From: Candidatus Hodarchaeota archaeon
Lineage (GTDB): Archaea > Asgardarchaeota > Heimdallarchaeia > Hodarchaeales > Hodarchaeaceae
Length of the DNA: 29,601 nucleotides
Direction: 5' to 3'
NCBI GenBank assembly: GCA_029856365.1
Contig: JAHQWW010000033.1
Location: 1-29,601, forward strand
Shown here: positions 10,031 to 17,453 of the stretch, one piece after another
Numbering within the stretch: the first letter of the stretch is position 1
Layout: every line of letters begins with the position of its first letter
Program-made: the position numbers and the translations under genes
Notes under the pieces: model-generated
Told to the model about the DNA's origin: nothing
Database searches by the model: none
The model's input: only the letters and a program-made list of their open reading frames with translations

Positions 10031-10111
10031 TATAATATCTAATAGCCAAATGTGTAGCCTAACAAAAGAACAAATCCCCTGATACGATAAAACAGATCAA
10101 TTAAAAAGCTG

Positions 10112-11131
10112 GTGAAAATACTGGTAAGATTATTTTTTTGCACTGATATTCATGGTTCAGAGGCCGTTTGGAGAAAGTTCATTAATTCAGCTAAATATCT
10201 AAAAGCTGATACTTTGATTATGGGTGGAGACATTACAGGTAAAAGAATAGTACCGATAATTCAACAACCTGATGGTACTTGGAAAGGTAGCATATATGGA
10301 GTATCCGAACAGAATGTCATAATGAAAACCGAAGAAGAGATCTTAGATTTTGAAAAACGCGCAAGGTTTGCTGGCTGCTACCCACACCGCTTAACAGCAG
10401 AAGAGGACGAAATATTATCATCCATAGAGTCTGTTACAGAAGATGGTAAGATGATCAAAGGCGGACCTCTCGATAAGTTGTTTGACCAAGTAGAAGCTGA
10501 AGGATTACAACTCTGGATTGATATGATAGATGATATAATGGATGATGGAACGAAACGTGTACCAGAAGGAACAAAAATTATCATCTGCCCTGGAAACGAT
10601 GACAAATTTGCCATTGATGATATTATAATTAAAGATCCCAGAGTCATTTTCGGTGAAGGAGCAAAAGTGGATCTTGACGATCACCACGAAATGATAAGCT
10701 ATGGTTGGACGAACCCCACACCATGGAATACCTACAGAGAGACTGATGAAGAAACCATCGAAAGAAAGATCGAAGAGTTAGTTCCACTTATTAATGATAT
10801 TAAAAACGCAGTTTTTTGTTTTCACTGTCCTCCTTATGACTGCATTATTGATGAGGCACCACTTCTAAAACCAGATCTAACATATGTTGGTTACAGTGGT
10901 GGAGAACCTATACGTGGACCCACTGGAAGTAAAGCAATTAGGAAAGCAATTGAAAAATATCAACCAATGCTTGGCCTCCATGGTCATATTCACGAATCCG
11001 CTGGGTATACAAAGATCGGTAGAACATATGTTCTCAATCCTGGTAGCGAATATACTGAAGCTATTCTGAAAGGATTCCTGATAGAACTTAAGAAAGGAAA
11101 AATAACAAAAATGCAAAGAGTAGAATCCTGA
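10112..11131 (+). CDS. Calcineurin-like metallophosphoesterase (Icc-related)
   Basis: All five metal-binding motifs are present: TDIHG, GGDITG, PGNDD, FHCPPY, LHGHIHES, followed by LNPGS. Confidence 0.92.
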   Translation: MKILVRLFFCTDIHGSEAVWRKFINSAKYLKADTLIMGGDITGKRIVPIIQQPDGTWKGSIYGVSEQNVIMKTEEEILDFEKRARFAGCYPHRLTAEEDEILSSIESVTEDGKMIKGGPLDKLFDQVEAEGLQLWIDMIDDIMDDGTKRVPEGTKIIICPGNDDKFAIDDIIIKDPRVIFGEGAKVDLDDHHEMISYGWTNPTPWNTYRETDEETIERKIEELVPLINDIKNAVFCFHCPPYDCIIDEAPLLKPDLTYVGYSGGEPIRGPTGSKAIRKAIEKYQPMLGLHGHIHESAGYTKIGRTYVLNPGSEYTEAILKGFLIELKKGKITKMQRVES

Positions 11132-11291
11132 CTTCAAAATTCATTAAACTTTTACCAATGCAAGTAAGAATACTAATATAATATATTTTGTGACAGATAA
11201 AGAAATTTAAATCCTCATTTTCATAAAAAAAGCTTTTAAATAGTTGAACGTTGAAGCCTTGAATGTTAAAAAAAAACATGAAGGATAAACA

Positions 11292-12152
11292 ATGGAAATT
11301 TCAGCAAAAAATCACAATGATGAACTTATGAAAGTCGGATATCAAATCTTACAAGAATGTCTTGATGAAAATATTCCTTGTTTTCTATGGGGTGGTGGAG
11401 CAATCTACCATATGCTTGGTGGGAAGCTTGATTATAGAAAAATGAGTGATCTCGAGTTTTTCATTCCAAAAAAAGTTGATAATCAAATGAAGAAAATTCT
11501 CAAGCAAATGGGATTTTATGCTAATAGACCTTTTAATATGATGCAAAATATGTCGAAAACACCTAGAAGAGAGTTTTACCGTCCTGATCGTGAACTCACT
11601 GAGATAGAAGTGGAAGAAATAGAACACGGTAGAAAGGGTAATATTCAAGACGTTGAATTTCAGAAAGTTGAAATATTTGTTGTCGGTATTAAAATGTGCT
11701 GGACTTTCAAATTCAAAGAACTACCATCAAGTTATACAAACACCTTAATATGCCCCCCAGGGTTTCAGTTAGCTCTTAAAGCAAACGCAATCCATTCTGA
11801 TGACTTTGATCTCAAAGATATTCAAGATATTTCAAGTGTTGTTAGTTCGAGCTGTTGTGGAGAAGTCACAACGAGAGATACAATTTTTACAGAGCCACAC
11901 TTGGATGAAAATATCAGATACTCCGTTGGAACAGAGATATTTAAACATTTATCGAAAAGAAAGTTTGAATTTCCCTCTACCATTATCAGAAATTTTACTG
12001 AATGTCTAAACTATTCAGGGTTATCTGAAGATGGTAAAACGACATTGTTAGAATTGATTGACTTCTTAAAACCTTTCGAGGAAAGTGATAAAAGCGGAAG
12101 TCTTCTATCAAAAGCTAGGAAGGAAAGACCTAGACGGGTTGACGCTAGATAA
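11292..12152 (+). CDS. Pol-beta-superfamily nucleotidyltransferase-like protein (paralog A)
   Basis: FLWGGGAI...RKMSDLEFF (hGG...DxE), third acidic strand KVEIF, and C-terminal K...KDIQD motif as in AbiEii/DUF2204-like NTases. Confidence 0.7.
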   Translation: MEISAKNHNDELMKVGYQILQECLDENIPCFLWGGGAIYHMLGGKLDYRKMSDLEFFIPKKVDNQMKKILKQMGFYANRPFNMMQNMSKTPRREFYRPDRELTEIEVEEIEHGRKGNIQDVEFQKVEIFVVGIKMCWTFKFKELPSSYTNTLICPPGFQLALKANAIHSDDFDLKDIQDISSVVSSSCCGEVTTRDTIFTEPHLDENIRYSVGTEIFKHLSKRKFEFPSTIIRNFTECLNYSGLSEDGKTTLLELIDFLKPFEESDKSGSLLSKARKERPRRVDAR

Positions 12153-12417
12153 ACATCAAACTCAAGTTAGATATGGGTATTCTTTTTCCGTTAAACATTG
12201 AAAAGTCAATAATCCAAACGTGAGAGTAACTAAAGCATTGTTTCAAGTATTCTAATATTGTTTTAAACAGTTAATTTAACCTGCTGACTGATCTCAACGT
12301 GTCAACAAAAACAGTGGAATATTTTTTTGACTTTAATTCTTGTTGTGTAATAACAGAACGTATTAAAGGTACAGTAATCCTCGTTAACAGAGGTGTTCTT
12401 GTTCTGAAAGAGAGCTG

Positions 12418-13341
12418 TTAATCTTTAGGTTTCTCAAGAAGGTGTTTACCACTAAAGATCCCGAATTCACCAACAGTTGCAGTTGTTTCGACTGGCCTGT
12501 ACCATCGTTTTGATGTTCCAATTTTAGCTCTAGCACGCCAGCTACGATTCTTGGGAACATTTTCAAAGTATTCAACCATTTCGTCAATTTTCGTTCTGAT
12601 AGTATTTTGTTGTTCCTCTGAAAGTTCTTTAAATTCTGGTAATACATTTCTGATATTGGTTAAGTTTGTGTTCACAGTGTGATAGAAACCCCAGGCATAC
12701 CCTCCTTTTCGAAAATACTTTTCAGCGATATGTTTGATATTTATTGTCTCTGGACTATCATCATAACCAATCTCGTGACCCAGTAATAACATTATTGTGT
12801 CAGCAACATCTTTATAGTTCATATATACAATCTGAGTTTTCCCTAAAAAGAGCTCAGCTAAAGGAAGAGTTGGAGAATCCAATTTTAGTCTGTTGAGATC
12901 TAATTCAATATCATGATTAAATTTCATTGCACCGTAAAAACAGTCCACAAACCACCAATTTTTGGGGTGGATGTAGATTTTACGTTGACTAGCAGCTGTA
13001 GATAATGTTGTCGCTCTTTTGAAGTAACCAAACTTTTCCATGAATTTGTCCATTTTACCACGATGTTTCATGGCTATTGCTCCATCAATATCTGTAATTT
13101 CACTGACATTCTCTCCCAAACGCTTCATTCGCATGTATAAATCTTCTAAATTATGTTGTTGACAATGGAGACGTATTGCTAAACCACCAACCAATCGAAA
13201 TTGAACACCAAATTCTTCAGCTTGTGATACCATTTTTGTAGCTTCATCAATAAAAACTTTTAGAGGAATAATTCCAGCCCATTCTTCGGGCATATCTACA
13301 GGTACGCCCTCTTTTTCTTGTAAAATTATTGTAACCTCCAT
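12418..13341 (-). CDS. Pol-beta-superfamily nucleotidyltransferase-like protein (paralog B)
   Basis: RLVGGLAI...EITDIDGA (hGG...DxD), FVDCF, LFLGKTQI...NYKDVAD, and basic tail KNRSWRARAKIGTSKRWY. Confidence 0.75.
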   Translation of the reverse strand: MEVTIILQEKEGVPVDMPEEWAGIIPLKVFIDEATKMVSQAEEFGVQFRLVGGLAIRLHCQQHNLEDLYMRMKRLGENVSEITDIDGAIAMKHRGKMDKFMEKFGYFKRATTLSTAASQRKIYIHPKNWWFVDCFYGAMKFNHDIELDLNRLKLDSPTLPLAELFLGKTQIVYMNYKDVADTIMLLLGHEIGYDDSPETINIKHIAEKYFRKGGYAWGFYHTVNTNLTNIRNVLPEFKELSEEQQNTIRTKIDEMVEYFENVPKNRSWRARAKIGTSKRWYRPVETTATVGEFGIFSGKHLLEKPKD

Positions 13342-13548
13342 TACTTATTATGTATCAGATTATCTGAACAAGGCTTAAAAAATACTTCTATGTTTATATT
13401 CTCCCTTCGGACAAATTTTATTTTTTCTTAAAACAAGACTATTCGTAAATATTTATCATTTGAGTAGTTATTTAATGATAATCTAACGAGATGTACTCTG
13501 CAATATCCCCCATTCTTACACTTGCTATCGCAATGAATGAGAGTGTGT

Positions 13549-15324
13549 TCATGATGATTCTCCTTTGATAAGCCTTTGTTCATTGGGAGTAATTTTATAA
13601 AGAGAAAAAGCAATTTCATCAATATAATTTTGTAGTTGTTGAAGTTCCTTATAATTACGGACAATTGAAGCAAGATAATTTGAAGCTTGCTGTTCTCCTA
13701 GTGTGGACTCTTGGAATATTTCATTGATATCTTTTTCTTTTATCAATTGTTTGTAAAACCATCTGAAACTATGAAATTCTGTTTTTCTTGGATATAAAGG
13801 GTAAGTTCTCTTATCCCGTATCAATTGAGTTATTCTCGTCTTTAAATTCTCCCCTCCTTTCTGATACTTAGAATAAAATTCTCCCAAGGTATAAAATTTA
13901 TCAATATCTGTTTGTGATTTCATCTCTTTCAATATTTTCTCATATTGATTAAACTGCAAAAGTTCTGATAGTCTTTTACGATACTTAATGCTCTTTGAAT
14001 CAGAAATATGTGGAATCCTTATCAGATTAATGTAAGCTCTATCAAAATCCTTGCTAGTGACAAACTCTTTTGTATAGACAGCATGACACAGCCACCATTC
14101 AATAAATGATGATTTCAACAAACCAGCTATAGCAGTTAAAGATAGAACTTCTTGTGGATAATTAGGAATGATGTTAATCACAGTCTCATGTGTTAAAACA
14201 GCTCCTTTTTGATCTACCCATGTCTTCACATCTAGAGAATAAGTTGGTTTTGTTTGGTAAGAAATTATTCGCTGAGCAATGATTTTAGGTATTTGTTGCC
14301 TCATGATTCTCTGTTTCGGAGTATTTTCTTTTAAAAAACCACGTGGTGGTAGTAAAAAACCAGAAGCAATATTAGCTTTTTCTATCAGGGGAATGGTTCC
14401 ATTTTTTTCACGAAATTTACTACTTAATCCACGAAATGCATTTACATTTAAGAATTCAAACTCATTGCTATAAAGACGCCGAATGATTTCTAACTCAGAA
14501 TTATTAACTCCTACCAAAAGATTATCTATGATTAATGCATCAGAATTGAAAATAAAACTTCTTTGCTTGAATTTTTTTTCTATAGGATTCCAAATACCTG
14601 TTTGATACTTGTGATACTTGATATCAGGAAGAATTTTCTTTAAAATCAGTACAATTTGCTCTTGCAATTGTCCAGAAAACTGATTACCAAGGTCTAAAGC
14701 TTCAATTAGACAATAATTGGTTAGGAGAAGTTTTCTAAACTTTCTCCATCTTTTGGAATAAATAATTGGTTTTGGTAATAGATAACAGAGGATACCACCT
14801 GATTTAAGAAGTTTAAGCGATTTTAAAGTGAAAAAAATGGAACTTTCAGGATAGATATGAAGATTTTGACCAAAAAGACAATTTTCTCTAATTTTCTTCC
14901 ACTCAGCACGTGAATAACGTGCATTATGAGGTGGGTTTCCAATAATAACATCAAACTCTTTTGTTGGTATGTCTGAAGGAAAATCTAAAAAAAAATTCCC
15001 AATCTTTAGTACAATATCGTAAGAAGATTCAATTACTAGAGGAAATAACTCTTTTTCTGCTATTTTAATTACAGAAGAATCGATATCTAACCCATAAAGT
15101 TTTACGGAAGGAAATAATGGAGAAATCAATGGAATTAAAGTGGAAAAAAAAACACCTTTTCCTATTGCTGGGTCTAATACTGTTATTATTTTTGATCGAT
15201 GATCAATAGGAAAATAATCTACTACGCGCTTTAACACGGCTTTTACTATTGGTTTAGGGGTGAAGAATTGCCCTTTGTCCTTTTTTATTTGGTTATAATT
15301 GACCATTCGGATTCTTGTCCGCAT
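13549..15324 (-). CDS. N6-adenine methyltransferase (TaqI-like, NPPH variant) with a C-terminal target-recognition region
   Basis: KGQFFTP (motif X), LDPAIGKGVF (motif I), YGLDID, FDVIIGNPPH (motif IV). Start overlaps the upstream stop (TAATG). Confidence 0.88.
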   Translation of the reverse strand: MRTRIRMVNYNQIKKDKGQFFTPKPIVKAVLKRVVDYFPIDHRSKIITVLDPAIGKGVFFSTLIPLISPLFPSVKLYGLDIDSSVIKIAEKELFPLVIESSYDIVLKIGNFFLDFPSDIPTKEFDVIIGNPPHNARYSRAEWKKIRENCLFGQNLHIYPESSIFFTLKSLKLLKSGGILCYLLPKPIIYSKRWRKFRKLLLTNYCLIEALDLGNQFSGQLQEQIVLILKKILPDIKYHKYQTGIWNPIEKKFKQRSFIFNSDALIIDNLLVGVNNSELEIIRRLYSNEFEFLNVNAFRGLSSKFREKNGTIPLIEKANIASGFLLPPRGFLKENTPKQRIMRQQIPKIIAQRIISYQTKPTYSLDVKTWVDQKGAVLTHETVINIIPNYPQEVLSLTAIAGLLKSSFIEWWLCHAVYTKEFVTSKDFDRAYINLIRIPHISDSKSIKYRKRLSELLQFNQYEKILKEMKSQTDIDKFYTLGEFYSKYQKGGENLKTRITQLIRDKRTYPLYPRKTEFHSFRWFYKQLIKEKDINEIFQESTLGEQQASNYLASIVRNYKELQQLQNYIDEIAFSLYKITPNEQRLIKGESS

Positions 15325-17300
15325 TAATCATATTCTAAGACATTATTTTCTTCTAAATACTTTTGAATAGTATAAGCAGCATATGTTTTTCCGCTAAGGA
15401 CGTTTCCACTCATCACAACAAAGCGATGCTTGTTTTGATGAATTTTTTTTACAATTTCATGAACCAAGGTGGGAAATTCAGGTTGGCGTGTAGAGATTTG
15501 AATTAACTTACACTCATTAGGAGTAAGTAAGGCTCTTGGATAGCGTTGGATTAATTCCTGATAACGTCTAAAAATAGTTAAATCAGCGTCACTCTTCTTT
15601 ATAGACGGTTCTTCATGGTTACGTGATTGCATGTTAAGTTTTACTTCAGTTTCTGTGGCATTAGCATGAATAAATAATGGGTGATACTTTTTAAATCTAT
15701 TACCTAATGATTCACGATGAGTAGGATGAGAAGGCGTGTTGAAATTCGTTCCATCAAAAATAACAATGGAAACACTGTCTTTTCGAAGAAGGCAGAGAAC
15801 AAGCCACTTGGCTAATAGATATGTATGGTTATTTTCCCACGGTAAATATTCAGGAGAACCTGCTCGATATAATCTTCTAATATGATCGGTTGAAATGACA
15901 CGAACCCGCCGAGTAATATGTGTTGTACATTGTGATACTATTCTATTAAGATTTTCAAAAATAGTAAAGATTCCACGCTTATGATTGATTTGGGGATTTA
16001 CCTCTACTTGTTCACGAATAATTTGTAGACATAAGCCAATAAACTCTCTTTGCGAAGCATATTTTTTATTTAGTTGAAAGTATTGGATGATATCCTCACC
16101 ATCAACCGCGAGATCTTTCAATTCTATTGCTGGTTGGATTTTTGCTCTTTGGAGAATATCTTTTCTAAGCTCATCAGTCAATTCTTTTTCATTACGTAAA
16201 GCCTGCTCTTTTGCAGCATAGAACATCAAATAATCTGTTAAATATTCAAATCTAACATCATATTGAAATTTTCTTATTGAGTAATCTTTTAATTCTTCTT
16301 TTTCTTCAATAGAATATGGAAGACGAAATAGATGTATTTTTAAGATATGAGATATGTCTGTTATTTGCTTATTAGAAAATTTCATCCTCTTAAGGAGTTC
16401 TTGAATATAAGGTTCTTTGAAAGGAGGAAAAACCTTCATTGATCTTGTTGGTATAGCTGTTACTTGGTGAAATAATGACGCGAAGCGTAATCTGAGTGAA
16501 GAATCCTTTGGAAGTTCTGAGATTATACATAAGGTCAATTCTATTCTGTTTAAATCGATCCCAGATAGTTTTTTTGAGAATTCCTTGTCATTAAATTCTA
16601 GTACAAGCTGATATAACAGACCACTTTCTTCCAATAATAGAATAGCTTTCTGAAAAAAGGTTCCTTGCATTAATTTTTGAAATTCTGTGTGTATTCGTTC
16701 CTTAGCCACCTTAGAAAAAATATCAAAATGATAAGGAACCGCTGCTAGGGTTTTACAATCAATATTAAACCCTAATTGAGCCACAAATCTAAAAATTCGA
16801 ATTAATCGTAATCCATCTTCTTGTAAGCGTTCATGTGGATCACCAACCATTCTAATGACTTTATTTTTAATATCATTGATACCATCAAAAGGATCAGAAA
16901 GCAAATTACTAATAGGATCATATGCTATCGCATTTATTGTCAAATCACGTCTGGATAAATCTTCTACTAAGTTGTCAACAAAGTGAATATCTGAAGGTCT
17001 TCGACCGTCAATATAGTCTTTTTCCACACGAAAAGTTGTTATCTCAATGGATAAATTATTATATAGAACAGTAACTGTTCCATGTTTAATTCCTGTTGGG
17101 ATAATACGAAATTTCTTCTCAAAAACCTTTATAACCTCAGGAGGTTTAGCATCTGTTGCAATATCCCAATCTTGGGGATCTAATCCTTCTAGAATTGTGT
17201 CTCGAATGGATCCACCTACAATAAAAGCTTGAAATCCATAGTTTGTTAATAATTGACAAACTTCTATAACTTCAATTGGAAAACGATCCTTTACCAACAT
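15324..17300 (-). CDS. cca: Class II CCA-adding tRNA nucleotidyltransferase fused to a C-terminal circularly permuted P-loop kinase
   Basis: VGGSIRD...DWDIAT, HGTV, TTFRVE..Y.DGRRP flexible loop, EDLSRRDLTINA, EDGLRLIRIFRF, AKERI. HD is degenerate (LFHQ). C-terminal ISTDHIR, IFDGTN, SDAD and a terminal SGNVLSGKT. Confidence 0.9.
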   Translation of the reverse strand: MLVKDRFPIEVIEVCQLLTNYGFQAFIVGGSIRDTILEGLDPQDWDIATDAKPPEVIKVFEKKFRIIPTGIKHGTVTVLYNNLSIEITTFRVEKDYIDGRRPSDIHFVDNLVEDLSRRDLTINAIAYDPISNLLSDPFDGINDIKNKVIRMVGDPHERLQEDGLRLIRIFRFVAQLGFNIDCKTLAAVPYHFDIFSKVAKERIHTEFQKLMQGTFFQKAILLLEESGLLYQLVLEFNDKEFSKKLSGIDLNRIELTLCIISELPKDSSLRLRFASLFHQVTAIPTRSMKVFPPFKEPYIQELLKRMKFSNKQITDISHILKIHLFRLPYSIEEKEELKDYSIRKFQYDVRFEYLTDYLMFYAAKEQALRNEKELTDELRKDILQRAKIQPAIELKDLAVDGEDIIQYFQLNKKYASQREFIGLCLQIIREQVEVNPQINHKRGIFTIFENLNRIVSQCTTHITRRVRVISTDHIRRLYRAGSPEYLPWENNHTYLLAKWLVLCLLRKDSVSIVIFDGTNFNTPSHPTHRESLGNRFKKYHPLFIHANATETEVKLNMQSRNHEEPSIKKSDADLTIFRRYQELIQRYPRALLTPNECKLIQISTRQPEFPTLVHEIVKKIHQNKHRFVVMSGNVLSGKTYAAYTIQKYLEENNVLEYD

Positions 17301-17356
17301 TTAGCGAAACACAGCCAAATTTTTTGAAGTAAAAGGTCTTTTTTATAGGATTTAAG

Positions 17357-17368
17357 TATAAAGTTTTT
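17357..17368 (-). promoter_or_regulatory. Candidate BRE-TATA promoter of the cca-MTase operon
   Basis: Minus strand AAAAAC-TTTATA about 60 nt upstream of ATG 17300, in the divergent intergenic region. Confidence 0.4.
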
Positions 17369-17453
17369 AACAATTAGGAAGAAGAACTAATTATCTAAAC
17401 AGTAAATGAAAGATATAAATCCATACTAAGATGATTGACCTGAGTTATTTATT

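Noticed and set aside
9591-10111. Long AT-rich intergenic stretch examined for a CRISPR array, tRNA, origin repeats or a small gene
   Set aside because: No regular repeats, cloverleaf or credible ORF; consistent with divergent promoter DNA.
12384-12421. TTAACAG...CTGTTAA inverted repeat at the end of NTase B
   Set aside because: A 7-bp stem with a long loop; at most a terminator element and plausible by chance.
11292-17300. Single tRNA toxin/repair system joining the NTase pair with the CCA-kinase fusion
   Set aside because: Attractive, but supported only by proximity. The genes appear to have separate promoters and an MTase intervenes, so they are kept as separate findings pending synteny data.
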